Positions 7,142-16,434 of a stretch of 28,822 nt of DNA are shown here, piece by piece. Under the pieces are notes generated by a model. The model searched no databases. It was given only the letters and a program-made list of their open reading frames with translations, and had not been told where the DNA came from. The position numbers were made by a program, and so were the translations under genes. Each line of letters starts with the position of its first letter. Positions within the stretch are counted from its first letter, which is position 1. Where the stretch lies: contig JAWABM010000008.1 in the NCBI GenBank assembly GCA_038999215.1, positions 1 through 28,822 of the forward strand. The letters are read 5' to 3'. Source of the DNA: Candidatus Aenigmatarchaeota archaeon. Lineage in GTDB: Archaea; Aenigmatarchaeota; Aenigmatarchaeia; Aenigmatarchaeales; JACQIB01.

Positions 7142-8078
7142 GGTGGCACTCAAGGTAGTACGGGCACGCCTGCGGGCATGCCGGCGGCATCCCCGGGTCC
7201 TTTTCTCTGGCCACTATCTCCGTCTTCGCCCTGAGAAGGTCGATGAATTCCTTCCTCATCTCCGCGGTTATAAGGTGTGGCTTCTTCTTGACCGAGGGTA
7301 TCGGCAGGTGCGGCCTGAACGTCGGGTATACGATGCAGCCTATGTTGACAGGCTCGGAATGTTCTGCCTCGTAGGCGAGCGCATAGCCGGTCGTCGTCAT
7401 GAGGTGGAACCTGTGCGATTTCCCTGTCTTCATGTCGAATATGACAGCTTGTGGCACCATCAGGGCATCTATGCTGAGCTGGCTGCTCAGGCCTATCCTG
7501 CTGCCGTCCAGCTTCTGTTCCACGGCGAGCGGTATTGCCTTGGAGACCAGGCTGTCCCTGTTGATGTTGGGGAACCTGCTCATCACCATGTCCACGTTAG
7601 CCGCTATCTGCATGGACTCGAAGTTCCACAGCTTTAGCATGTTGTATTTTATCATCGCCACGTCCTCTTCATGCATGCCTGCGCGCTCGATGTCTTTCCT
7701 CGCGCCATATACAAGTTCGAGCACCTTTCTCTTCCCGGCGCCCTGCATGTGGTTGAGCAGGTTGAAGTTCGGCGTTATCCCTGTCGTGTAGATGTATTCC
7801 TTGGCTGTCGGTACTATCTCCGCGAGCGTCTCATGATAGAGCCTTCCTTCCATCATCGCCGGAGTGGGCAGAGGTTTCACGCCTTTGACGTAAGAGAGGT
7901 AAACATCCCTGCATGTAGGGCAGTATTTGCCCGCGACCATCCAGACGGGCAGGTTTATCTCGTAGTGCGTCGGCTCCAGGTTCCATCCCCTGAGCTCGTC
8001 GGGTATCTGCAGCTCCTGCGCTTTCCTCAGGTGGAAGCCAAGGAACGATTCTACCGACTCGCCGAAGACGTAGTACAT
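7077..8078 (-). CDS. csa1: Csa1/Cas4a-type (type I-A Cas4) nuclease, stand-alone
   Basis: ELRGWN, KYCPTCRDVYL, EGRLYH, EQKLDGSRIGLS..LSIDA, DMKTG, TGYALAYE and DPGMPPACPQACPYYLEC are Csa1 family motifs. Confidence 0.9.
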   Translation of the reverse strand: MYYVFGESVESFLGFHLRKAQELQIPDELRGWNLEPTHYEINLPVWMVAGKYCPTCRDVYLSYVKGVKPLPTPAMMEGRLYHETLAEIVPTAKEYIYTTGITPNFNLLNHMQGAGKRKVLELVYGARKDIERAGMHEEDVAMIKYNMLKLWNFESMQIAANVDMVMSRFPNINRDSLVSKAIPLAVEQKLDGSRIGLSSQLSIDALMVPQAVIFDMKTGKSHRFHLMTTTGYALAYEAEHSEPVNIGCIVYPTFRPHLPIPSVKKKPHLITAEMRKEFIDLLRAKTEIVAREKDPGMPPACPQACPYYLECHPIPYTLQTRLSEHRPQEQARA

Positions 8079-8111
8079 GTAGAAATTAGCGCTTCGCCCA
8101 AATATATTGGT

Positions 8112-8432
8112 TTAGCCGTAGTTCAGGTTGCCCAGATATCCCTTCTTTTTCAGCCAGTTCGCCTGCGCCCTCGTATACTTCCACTCGATATCCGCCCGCT
8201 CGTGCGACTGCACTTTCCATGGCGTGACCATCACGAGGTCACCGTTCCTCACCCACAGCTTCTTCCTCATGCTTCCCGGTATCCTACAGATTCTTGTCAG
8301 GCCGTCCCCGCATTCTACCCTGAGCCTGCTTGCCCCGAGCATCTCTATGACGACCCCGAGGAGCTCGCCCTCCTTCGGGATGCGCGTTCGCGCTATCTCC
8401 TCCTCCTCGGTGGGCTTTTCCCTTACGTACAT
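8112..8432 (-). CDS. eif1a: Translation initiation factor aIF-1A
   Basis: GVVIEMLGASRLRVECGDGLTRICRIPGSMRKKLWVRNGDLV..PW...ADIEWKYT. Confidence 0.97.
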   Translation of the reverse strand: MYVREKPTEEEEIARTRIPKEGELLGVVIEMLGASRLRVECGDGLTRICRIPGSMRKKLWVRNGDLVMVTPWKVQSHERADIEWKYTRAQANWLKKKGYLGNLNYG

Positions 8433-8474
8433 GTATCCACATTACAGAGGCAGATATAAAAACCTTTGCAGAAA

Positions 8475-9146
8475 TCAGATTCTTACCGAGTAGACGTTCC
8501 GGTAGACGTCCTCGTTTTCCTTCTTGGTCACGAGTATGAAGCTCTCCTTCACTTCCGCCCCGAACTCCTCCTTCGCAGCCTTCGCCACCGCCTTCGCGGC
8601 CTTCTTGCTGCCTATGAGGAAATCGGTCCCTTCCTTCCTCTCCTCGACGCGGAAGAACGCCATCGGGTCGTTTTCTTTCTTCCTGAGCTGGTCCGCTATG
8701 AACTCCTTTACCTGTTGCGCCCTCAATCGCGATTCGAGGCTCTTCCATCTCAGCTGTACGACCGCCTCATAGTAGTTGCCCAGCCTGCGCGAGCAGACAG
8801 GGCATGTGATCCTGTTGAAATTGACGCGCACCTCGTGCAGCTCTGTCTTCGCCTTGTCGCTTCCGCGCGGGTATCCGCCAAGCTGTATGACGAATTTTCC
8901 GCCCTCCTCCCTGGCGCGGAACTCCATCACCTTTCCTTTGACCTTGGCCTTCTTCAGCAGCAGCTTCGGCTCCCATGCGGCCCATTTGCCCGCCGTCTTC
9001 GCCATGCCGCATTTGCTGCATCTGGTTATCTCTATCTTCGCCGGGAAGGCGGCTATCTCGGCTTCCTTCTCAAGGCAGGCCGCGCATTTCCCTCCCGTCA
9101 GTTCGGCGGTCTTCTTTCCGCACTTGAAGCAGAACGTGTTTGCCAT
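8475..9146 (-). CDS. nmd3: NMD3 family ribosome biogenesis protein
   Basis: Four CxxC pairs, CPVCSRRLGNYYEAVVQLR, and C-terminal YRNVYSVRI. Confidence 0.9.
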   Translation of the reverse strand: MANTFCFKCGKKTAELTGGKCAACLEKEAEIAAFPAKIEITRCSKCGMAKTAGKWAAWEPKLLLKKAKVKGKVMEFRAREEGGKFVIQLGGYPRGSDKAKTELHEVRVNFNRITCPVCSRRLGNYYEAVVQLRWKSLESRLRAQQVKEFIADQLRKKENDPMAFFRVEERKEGTDFLIGSKKAAKAVAKAAKEEFGAEVKESFILVTKKENEDVYRNVYSVRI

Positions 9147-9188
9147 GTGAACATTTTCAGCGCGGCCCTTAAATCCTTTTGCACCGCG

Positions 9189-10829
9189 CTAGTATTCTCC
9201 CATGTCGGACGGGGGCATCCCTCCCGGCGCTCCGCCTTCGCCGCCCTTGCTGAGCTTGCCTGCGGCTATGACGTCGTCTATGCGGAGCACCATCTCTGTC
9301 GCTTCGGCCGCCGACTTTATCGCCTGGGTCTTTATCTTCAGCGGCTCGATGACGCCCATCTGCATCATGTCAACCACTTTCCCGGTGAACACATCCACTC
9401 CGGCGGTCGTCTTCCCGGCCTCGTGCGCGGACCTCAGCGCGACGATTATGTCTATCGGGTCTATGCCTGCGTTCTCCGCGAGCGTCTTCGGTACGACTTC
9501 CATCGCCTCCGCGAACGCGAGTATCGCCAGCTGCTCTCTTCCTGAATAGTGCTGCGCAAAGTCCCTCAGCCCCTTGGCAACAGCCTCTTCAGGCGCGCCG
9601 CCTCCGGCTACGACCTTGCCGACCTCGAGCGACGATGCCACTCCGCCGAGCGCGTCCTCCATTGCCCTGTCCACTTCCTGGACAACGTGCTCCGTTCCGC
9701 CCCTTATGAGAATCGAGACGGCTTTGGGATTCAGGCATTCCCTCACGAATATCATCTCCTCGCCCGCTATCTTCTTCTCCTCGACCAGGCCGGCCTTTCC
9801 GAGGTCGGACTTTGCTATGTCATTGATGTTCGAGACCACGCGCGCTCCGGTGGCCTTCGCGAGCTTCTCCATGTCGGACTTCTTCACCCTGCGAGCAGAC
9901 ATTATCCCCTTCTTCGCGAGGTAGTGCTGCGCAACGTCGTCTATTCCCTTCTGGCAGAAGAGGACGTTGCAGCCAGAAGCAGCGATCTTCTCGACCATGT
10001 TCTTCAGCATCGCCTCCTGCTGCCCGAGGAACTTCTCCATCTGCTCGGGCGAGGTTATCTGTATCTGCGCGTCGATTTCGGTCTTTTCTATCTCCATGGA
10101 CGCGTCCAGCAGCAGTATGTTAGCGTCCTTTAGCTTCTTCGGCATCCCAGAGTGCACGACTTCCTTGTCGATTATCAGGCCCTTTATCAGCTCGGTGTCT
10201 TCGATGCTCCCGCCCTGCTTCTTCTCCACCTTTATGTTTTCCAGGTCCACTTCGCCGCCGGTGTAGACCGACTTGACCGCCTCGACGGCTATGTTCGCCA
10301 GGTGATCGCTCGCTTTTTCCGCGGACTTGCCCGTCATCGCGGTTATAGCTATCTTCTTCAGCGTGTCCACGTCGCTCAACGTCACCTTCTTGGCTATGCC
10401 GTCCAGTATCTCGAGCGACTTCTCCTTCGCGAGCTTGAAGCCCTTGTTTATCACGGTGGAGTGTATGTTCTGCTCTATCAGGCCTTCGGCCTTCTTGAGA
10501 AGCTCGCCCGCGATTATGGTCGCGGTGGTCGTTCCGTCGCCCACCTCCTCGTTCTGGGTCTTCGCGACCTCGACTATCATCTTCGCAGCCGGATGCTCTA
10601 TGTTCATCTCCTCGAGAATTGTGACCCCGTCGTTGGTTATCACGATGTCGCCCAGCGAGTCCACGAGCATCTTGTCCATGCCCTTGGGCCCCAGCGTCGT
10701 GCGCACCGCGTCGGCCACGGCCTTTGCCGCGGCTATGTTTGCCAGCTGCGCGTTCTTTCCCATCGTTCTCAACGCGCCTTCCGGCAGTATGAAAATCGGC
10801 TGTCCTCCCGCCTGTGCAGGGTTGTTCAT
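9189..10829 (-). CDS. ths: Thermosome (group II chaperonin) subunit
   Basis: [35 protein letters not shown] and LRIDDVI motifs; Gly/Met tail. Confidence 0.98.
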   Translation of the reverse strand: MNNPAQAGGQPIFILPEGALRTMGKNAQLANIAAAKAVADAVRTTLGPKGMDKMLVDSLGDIVITNDGVTILEEMNIEHPAAKMIVEVAKTQNEEVGDGTTTATIIAGELLKKAEGLIEQNIHSTVINKGFKLAKEKSLEILDGIAKKVTLSDVDTLKKIAITAMTGKSAEKASDHLANIAVEAVKSVYTGGEVDLENIKVEKKQGGSIEDTELIKGLIIDKEVVHSGMPKKLKDANILLLDASMEIEKTEIDAQIQITSPEQMEKFLGQQEAMLKNMVEKIAASGCNVLFCQKGIDDVAQHYLAKKGIMSARRVKKSDMEKLAKATGARVVSNINDIAKSDLGKAGLVEEKKIAGEEMIFVRECLNPKAVSILIRGGTEHVVQEVDRAMEDALGGVASSLEVGKVVAGGGAPEEAVAKGLRDFAQHYSGREQLAILAFAEAMEVVPKTLAENAGIDPIDIIVALRSAHEAGKTTAGVDVFTGKVVDMMQMGVIEPLKIKTQAIKSAAEATEMVLRIDDVIAAGKLSKGGEGGAPGGMPPSDMGEY

Positions 10830-10922
10830 CGATATCTACCTCCTTGATATTATTTATTATTGTAAAAAATATGTGTATGCAAGTATATTTAAACCCATAC
10901 TATCGCGCGCCGAAAAGAGGAC

Positions 10923-11300
10923 TCAGCCCAATACGCGTTTGGCTCCCTTGAGGTCGTTTACCTTGAAGGCTATCTCACTCACGCCGTTTTCCTTGTTTAG
11001 GAGGAATATGGACTCTATGTCTATGTTCAGCTTTGCCAGCCCCCTTGCCAGCTTCGCCAGCTCGCCCGGTTCGTCCCTGAGCCTTACAGGAACGATTTCA
11101 TATTCCGAGAAGTTCAGGTTTGCGGCCTTGAGCACGTCCCTCGTCCCGACCTCGTCGTCGGTTATGAATTTCAGTACGCCCAAATCGCCACGTAGCTCGC
11201 TCGAGATGGCCTTGATGTTTATTCCCGTGCCTGCCAGCACGTCGCATACCGACGCGAGCGCGCCTATCTTGTTATTTATTCTTACTTCGAACTGCCTCAT
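10923..11300 (-). CDS. Tandem ACT-domain protein
   Basis: [23 protein letters not shown] and [23 protein letters not shown] are two ACT repeats. Confidence 0.9.
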   Translation of the reverse strand: MRQFEVRINNKIGALASVCDVLAGTGINIKAISSELRGDLGVLKFITDDEVGTRDVLKAANLNFSEYEIVPVRLRDEPGELAKLARGLAKLNIDIESIFLLNKENGVSEIAFKVNDLKGAKRVLG

Positions 11301-11692
11301 GACAACTGGCTCAATACCTTTGCCGCCGCTCCGATGTCGCTGACCTGCAGAGCCACCTCGGTCTCCTTCCTTACAGGGTCCTTCCCGAGGAGGTATACGC
11401 TCCTGATGTTGATCTTTTGGTTTGCAAGCACCCTGGTTATCTTCGCGAGCTCCCCCGGCCTGTCCAGCAGCTTCAACGCCATTATGTCGTTCTCCGCGAA
11501 GAGCAGCTTCGCCTTGCTGAGTGCGTTGCGGGTGGTGACCTCATCCCCCGTGACTATCTTCACTGTGCCATTTCCGTTGGTCGTTATCGCCCTTATGTTT
11601 ATCGCGTTCAACGACAGTATTTCGCAAAGGTCGGCAAGACTTCCGACCCTGTCCTCGATCTCTATGTCGAACTGCTTCAACCTTCCAGACAT
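11297..11692 (-). CDS. Tandem ACT-domain protein (paralog of the neighbouring gene)
   Basis: [23 protein letters not shown] and [23 protein letters not shown]. Start moved to MSGRLKQF after GAAGGA; ATGA overlap with the next gene. Confidence 0.9.
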   Translation of the reverse strand: MSGRLKQFDIEIEDRVGSLADLCEILSLNAINIRAITTNGNGTVKIVTGDEVTTRNALSKAKLLFAENDIMALKLLDRPGELAKITRVLANQKINIRSVYLLGKDPVRKETEVALQVSDIGAAAKVLSQLS

Positions 11693-11756
11693 TATCCTTC
11701 TCACCAAACCACCCCTCCGAGAAATTGCTTTCTCACATAGAATATTTGACAAATGA

Positions 11757-12665
11757 TTATTTATACTTTCGGCTTTTCTTCGCCAGCCTGAAAAGCGACT
11801 TGCTACTCATTTCAGCGAGTTCTTTTCTGCGCACGACCGGAATGTCATAGTCCTTCTCCTTCGCCCTTTCGGTTATTATCACAGCCGGCTTCTCCGCCAC
11901 GCCGATGAACTGCCCGAGCTTCTCCGCGCGCTCCTTCAGCTTCCTCTCCTTTCCCTCCACATCAGATATCAGCAGCGCCTCCTTCCTAGCGAATATGTCC
12001 GCAGGCGCCTGCTTGACGAAGCTTATGTTGAAGCCGAGCTTTCTCAGGTCCGCGCCGACCTTCTTTTCAAGCTCGTCCGAGGGCTTGCTGCGGAGCGCCT
12101 TGCCGGTGATTTCCGGCTCAACGCCCTTCACAAGCTTCTTCTGCAGTATCTCTTCCAGCCTCTGCGCTATCGACAGGAGCATCTTCAGATTGCGCGCCTC
12201 GTGCTCGTAGATTGCTTTCTTGCTCACCCCAACGAGCTCGGCCAGCTCCATCTGCGTCATTCCGCGCCTCTTCCTGGTTTCCCTCATCGCCTCCTTGTCC
12301 ACATGCACGAACAGCCCTCCGCGCTGCCTGTATATCTCCGGGAATATTCCCTCCGATACGAACAGCCTGAATGTTTCGAAGCAGACCGCTGGTATGCCGA
12401 ACCTCTCGTACACCACGCCCTGCTCCAGCTTTTCGCGCGTGGTGTTCTTGCCTATCAGGAAGGCTGATGCGCCGATGCTGCGGCTGAGCGTTGTCAGGTT
12501 GCTCGCCTGCTCCTCTGAGAACGAGTCTATGTTCTGCAGGATCTTGAGGAACAGCAGCTTCTCCCGCTTCGCGGCTAGGTCGAAGCAGCCCCTGTACGCG
12601 CAGTAAGCGTAGCCTTCGTTCTGCAGGAGCTTCTCGATATCTGCAAGCAGGCCTTCCTTTAGCAT
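11757..12665 (-). CDS. Archaeal COG1395-type XRE/HTH transcriptional regulator
   Basis: CFDLAAKR..LLFLKILQNIDS, GVVYERFGIP and RGGLFV motifs; XRE helix-turn-helix GMTQMELAELVGVSKKAIYEHE. Confidence 0.9.
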   Translation of the reverse strand: MLKEGLLADIEKLLQNEGYAYCAYRGCFDLAAKREKLLFLKILQNIDSFSEEQASNLTTLSRSIGASAFLIGKNTTREKLEQGVVYERFGIPAVCFETFRLFVSEGIFPEIYRQRGGLFVHVDKEAMRETRKRRGMTQMELAELVGVSKKAIYEHEARNLKMLLSIAQRLEEILQKKLVKGVEPEITGKALRSKPSDELEKKVGADLRKLGFNISFVKQAPADIFARKEALLISDVEGKERKLKERAEKLGQFIGVAEKPAVIITERAKEKDYDIPVVRRKELAEMSSKSLFRLAKKSRKYK

Positions 12666-12701
12666 ACTTTTAAATTGCTCGCACTAACAATAAAAAAGCA
12701 T
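12666..12701. promoter_or_regulatory. 36-bp divergent promoter region shared by the HTH regulator and tRNA-Ile
   Basis: TTTTAAAT about 26 nt upstream of the tRNA on the plus strand; TTTTTATT about 25 nt upstream of the HTH ATG on the minus strand. Confidence 0.55.
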
Positions 12702-12818
12702 GGGCGGGTAGCTTAGCCTGGTCAGAGCGCCGGTCTTATAAAGCGCGTTTTCAGCGCTTTTGTTGGCAACGCTCGTAAAAACCGGAGGTCAGGAGTCCAA
12801 ATCTCCTCCCGCCCACCA
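12702..12818 (+). tRNA. tRNA-Ile(UAU) with a 39-nt intron (about 12741-12779), CCA encoded
   Basis: Acceptor stem GGGCGGG/CCCGCCC, discriminator A73 and CCA; anticodon arm CCGGT-CT-TAT-A^A-ACCGG; T arm AGGAG-TCCAAAT-CTCCT. Confidence 0.88.
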
Positions 12819-12849
12819 CGTTTTTTAATATGCTTCCACAAATCCTATC

Positions 12850-13092
12850 ATGGCGGAATGCAAGAGCTGCGGCATGCCGATGGCCGATGCGAAGCAGCAT
12901 GGCGCTGGAGACGGGAAGAACCCTTACTGCATCTACTGCACCGACAACAAGGGCAAGCTAAAGCCGCGCGCCGAGATAAGGGCGGCGATGGTCACGCTGC
13001 TTCTCAGGAAGAAGAAGATGGACGTCGAGCAGGCCGAACGGGCAATCGATGCCTATATGGCGAAGATGCCGGCGTGGAAGAAAAGAAAATGA
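12850..13092 (+). CDS. Putative zinc-ribbon protein (CxSCGMP...YCxYC family)
   Basis: CKSCGMPM...NPYCIYC...MPAWK pattern. Confidence 0.85.
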   Translation: MAECKSCGMPMADAKQHGAGDGKNPYCIYCTDNKGKLKPRAEIRAAMVTLLLRKKKMDVEQAERAIDAYMAKMPAWKKRK

Positions 13093-13093
13093 T

Positions 13094-13552
13094 TCAGCCG
13101 TGGTACATGGTTTCGACTTCAGTCCTCTTCTTGCTCGTCCAGCCCTCTGAGATGGTCGTGAACGAGTCCACGAGCACGGCCCTGTTTTCCTCCCAGAAAT
13201 CCTTCACATCCGAGACCCAGTCGGCCGCGTCCTTCTCGGAAAAATTGACGGTGATGGCGTTGGCCTTCCAGATGAGGGATTGCATCTTTTTGTACAGCTC
13301 GAAAATATCATCCTTCTGCTTCTGGGAAAGCATCCTCCTTTCGTAATAACAGCAGAAGTTCTCAGCGCCGGAGATTATGGGCTCGATTTTTGCCAGTATG
13401 CTCTCGAATTTCTCGGCTATGCAGTTCTTGACCTGCGAGATGACCGGCCCGTCCTCCTCAATCTTGACGTCGAAATTTTTCCTGAGCCAGTCCCAAGGCG
13501 GCAGGCTTTTGTATTTCCTTTTGAGCTTCTCGTACTCCTTGTTGGCTGCCAT
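13094..13552 (-). CDS. Helical hypothetical protein
   Basis: 152-aa ORF beginning MAANKEYEKLKRKYKSLP with host-like codons; a TTTATTAA box lies upstream. Confidence 0.75.
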   Translation of the reverse strand: MAANKEYEKLKRKYKSLPPWDWLRKNFDVKIEEDGPVISQVKNCIAEKFESILAKIEPIISGAENFCCYYERRMLSQKQKDDIFELYKKMQSLIWKANAITVNFSEKDAADWVSDVKDFWEENRAVLVDSFTTISEGWTSKKRTEVETMYHG

Positions 13553-13606
13553 GATAAAACTTGTGAGCAAAAGTTAATAAACTTACCTTGCCATGTTTGT
13601 TTGCAA

Positions 13607-13681
13607 GGGCCGGTGGTCTAGCGGCATGACGTTACCCTGACACGGTAAAGGTCGGGAGTTCAAATCTCCCCTGGCCCACCA
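13607..13681 (+). tRNA. tRNA-Val(GAC), CCA encoded
   Basis: Acceptor stem GGGCCGG/CTGGCCC; anticodon arm TTACC-CT-GAC-AC-GGTAA; T arm GGGAG-TTCAAAT-CTCCC. Confidence 0.95.
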
Positions 13682-13692
13682 TATGTGATCTT

Positions 13693-14244
13693 ATGGAAGT
13701 GGAGACCAAGTTCAAGACCGACGATTTGGAAGGCCTGAAGAAAAAACTGGTGAAAATGGGCGCAAAATTCTCTTCGCCGGTGAGCCAGGTCGACGATTAT
13801 TACAGGTTCAAAGGCGGGGAGCTCGACCCTCAGGGCCCAGGATCCGTTCTGATAAGGATAAGAAGGCAGGGAAGCAAGGCATTCCTTACGACGAAGGAGC
13901 TTACCTCAAGGGCCGGCGTCTGGGTGGAGCATGAGTCCGAGATTGCCGACCCCGCCGAAACGGAAGAGATGCTGAAGCAGCTCGGCCTCGCAAAGGTCTT
14001 CTCCATAACGAAGGCCAGGGCGTGCGGAAAACTAGGCGAGTACGGCCTCTGCCTCGACAGGATAAAGGAGCTCGGCGACTACCTCGAAGTGGAGGTGATA
14101 TCCGGCGACGCAGAAGGCGCGAAGAAAAAAATAATGAGTCTCATGGGGAAGCTGGGCATAGCCGAAAAAGACGTGGAGCACAGGGGATATGCGGCGATAA
14201 TTTTCCAGGGCATGGGCGTCAAGTACGAAAGGGGCAGCGGTTGA
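13693..14244 (+). CDS. cyaB: CYTH domain protein (class IV adenylate cyclase family)
   Basis: MEVETKF, QVDDYY, IRIR, LTTK, EHES, LDRIKELGDYLEVE and terminal GY motifs. Confidence 0.92.
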   Translation: MEVETKFKTDDLEGLKKKLVKMGAKFSSPVSQVDDYYRFKGGELDPQGPGSVLIRIRRQGSKAFLTTKELTSRAGVWVEHESEIADPAETEEMLKQLGLAKVFSITKARACGKLGEYGLCLDRIKELGDYLEVEVISGDAEGAKKKIMSLMGKLGIAEKDVEHRGYAAIIFQGMGVKYERGSG

Positions 14245-14246
14245 AC

Positions 14247-15506
14247 ATGAAAGCCGTCGCCGATCTCCATATACATTCGCATTATTCCAGGGCTGTCAGC
14301 GAGAACATGAACATCGAAACGCTCGATAAGTACGCGAAGATAAAGGGGCTGGACGTGCTCGGAACAGGCGACTTCACGCATCCGAAATGGTTCGCTGAGA
14401 TGAAAACGCTGCTCAGGGAGCGCGAAGGCACGGGCCTTTACGAGTACAGGAACGGCACGCTCTTTATGCTCACTACCGAAGTGTCGCTCATCTACAACCA
14501 GGACGGAAGGCTGAGGAAGGTGCACAACGTCATTCTTGCGCCGTCCTTCGAGGTCGCCGGCCAGATAAACGAGTGGCTCGCCACAAAGGGCAATTTGGAG
14601 GCCGACGGCCGCCCGATTTTCGGCAAGATCGCCTGCCCGGAGCTTGTTGAGAAGTGTATGAGCATCTCTAAGGACATAATGGTGATTCCTGCGCACGCCT
14701 GGACTCCCTGGTTCTCGCTCTTCGGCTCGAACTCGGGCTTTGACAGGATAAAGGACTGCTTCGGAGACCAGCTAAACCATGTTCATGCCATCGAGACCGG
14801 CCTGTCCAGCGACCCTGCGATGAACTGGAGGCTCAGCCAGCTGGACAACGTCGCGCTGGTCTCGAACAGCGACTGCCATTCCTACTGGCCATGGCGCCTC
14901 GGCCGCGAGGCCAATGTTTTTGAACTGAAGGAGATAACGTATTGGGGAATCATAGATGCGATAAAGGCAAAGGACCCCAGCAAGTTCCTGTACACTATAG
15001 AGACAGACCCTTCATACGGAAAGTACCATTGGGACGGCCACCGCGCCTGCAACGTCTGCCTTGGCCCGAAGGAATCGAGGAAATACAAGGGCATCTGCCC
15101 TGTCTGCGGGCGTCAGCTTACGATAGGCGTGCTCAACCGGGTGGAGGAGCTTGCGGACAGGCCCGAGGGCTTCGTACCGAAGAACGCGATACCGTTCAAA
15201 TCAATATTGCCGCTGTCCGAGATATTGGCCGCTCTTTTCGATTCCGGCGTGGCCACAAAAGCTGTCCAGGAAAAGTCGAACAGGCTTATCGCGGAGTTCG
15301 GCTCGGAGCTGAACGTGCTTCTGGAGGCGCCACAGACCAAGCTCGCTGAGATCGCTGGAGAGAAGGTCGCGCGGGCGCTGATGATGAATAGGGAGGGCAG
15401 AGTGCGCGTCCAGCCAGGGTATGACGGCGAGTACGGCCGGCCGCTCTTTGATGAGAAAGAGATGGCTAAGCCGTCGAATCCTCAGAAAAGGCTCGCGGAG
15501 TTCTAG
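14247..15506 (+). CDS. endoQ: Endonuclease Q family (PHP domain plus Zn finger)
   Basis: DLHIHSHYSRA, GTGDFTHP, PAHAWTPW, IETGLSSD, NSDCHS, GKYHWDGHRAC...CPVCG and PGYDGEYG motifs. Confidence 0.92.
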   Translation: MKAVADLHIHSHYSRAVSENMNIETLDKYAKIKGLDVLGTGDFTHPKWFAEMKTLLREREGTGLYEYRNGTLFMLTTEVSLIYNQDGRLRKVHNVILAPSFEVAGQINEWLATKGNLEADGRPIFGKIACPELVEKCMSISKDIMVIPAHAWTPWFSLFGSNSGFDRIKDCFGDQLNHVHAIETGLSSDPAMNWRLSQLDNVALVSNSDCHSYWPWRLGREANVFELKEITYWGIIDAIKAKDPSKFLYTIETDPSYGKYHWDGHRACNVCLGPKESRKYKGICPVCGRQLTIGVLNRVEELADRPEGFVPKNAIPFKSILPLSEILAALFDSGVATKAVQEKSNRLIAEFGSELNVLLEAPQTKLAEIAGEKVARALMMNREGRVRVQPGYDGEYGRPLFDEKEMAKPSNPQKRLAEF

Positions 15507-16390
15507 CGCCCTGTCACGGTTATCGTTGTCTGCGCCTCTATCATGTACCCGTAGTAGGCGGTTATAGACACGGGATAGAGCTGCTTCGCAGCAGGCTTGT
15601 TCACGGTCACGTCGCAGATAGCGGTGGCCTTCCCGCCTATCAGCTCGATATTCCTGTAGCAGCTTTTGTCCTTTATCTCCAGCCCGGGCGGCAAAGTGAT
15701 GTCGAGGTCGACCACGTTCCTTTGCGTGTCCGCCAAGTTAAGATTGGATGCAGTCACCGTGCTGTTCTTGTAGACCTGGCCGGTGTCGGCGTTTGTGAGC
15801 ACAATGTAGAGGCTGAACTCCTCCTTGGCGAGCTCTATCTGCGGCGGGTTAGGTGACACAGAAACGCTTATTTCCACAGGCCCCCTGCTCGAGGTGAAGC
15901 TGGCTGTGTCAGTCACTTCTTCCCCGTACGGGTACACCGGTATGACGCCGTTCGACTTCGTGGTGTAATCATAATATACTCTCCCTATTATCGTATCCGT
16001 CCTCGGAATGCCCCTCGGAAGGACCGGAGCGGTGGCTCTCCATCTGAACTGATAAATGTCTGCCGGCCTGCCCGTCGCTGGGTCCGCGTTCTTCAGGTCC
16101 TTCGGATATGCCTGGGCTGCGGGCTTGTCAAGCGTCCAGTCCGTCGGTATTATGAGAAGCGCTGCCCCATAGGAGGCGCCCACTGTCGATTCGCCCTTGT
16201 TCTCGACGTCAAGCATCAGGGTCGATGCCTGCTGGCTTCTCAGCTCAGAGGCCGCGGTCGAGAAGCATGTTATTGAAAGGCCGTCCACGGTGTTTGTAAC
16301 GCAGCCTCCTGCCGGCGTCGTCGGTTCCTGCCCGACGCAGCCCGCAACCAGCACCGCCATGACGACCAAAGGAAGCGTCCATTTGTTCAT
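15503..16390 (-). CDS. Surface lipoprotein, paralog 3
   Basis: Lipobox MNKWTLPLVVMAVLVAG-C; GTGAT SD upstream; beta-rich body with YYDYTT...GPVEI...YYGY pattern. Confidence 0.85.
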   Translation of the reverse strand: MNKWTLPLVVMAVLVAGCVGQEPTTPAGGCVTNTVDGLSITCFSTAASELRSQQASTLMLDVENKGESTVGASYGAALLIIPTDWTLDKPAAQAYPKDLKNADPATGRPADIYQFRWRATAPVLPRGIPRTDTIIGRVYYDYTTKSNGVIPVYPYGEEVTDTASFTSSRGPVEISVSVSPNPPQIELAKEEFSLYIVLTNADTGQVYKNSTVTASNLNLADTQRNVVDLDITLPPGLEIKDKSCYRNIELIGGKATAICDVTVNKPAAKQLYPVSITAYYGYMIEAQTTITVTGR

Positions 16391-16434
16391 TGGTATCACA
16401 CCATTAATTATTCTGGTTTCATATATAAATATGT

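Noticed and set aside
8466..11343. Long plus-strand ORFs opposite nmd3, the thermosome and the ACT genes
   Set aside because: These are shadow ORFs expected from GC-rich codon bias opposite well-supported genes.
12702..12818. Alternative reading as tRNA-Met/Ile(CAU), Leu(UAA) or an ochre suppressor
   Set aside because: The CCGGT/ACCGG stem fixes a 7-nt loop CT-TAT-AA, and the variable arm is short, unlike Leu.
14022..14246. N-terminal extension of the EndoQ ORF
   Set aside because: It overlaps the CYTH gene out of frame; the PHP motif begins at ATG 14247.
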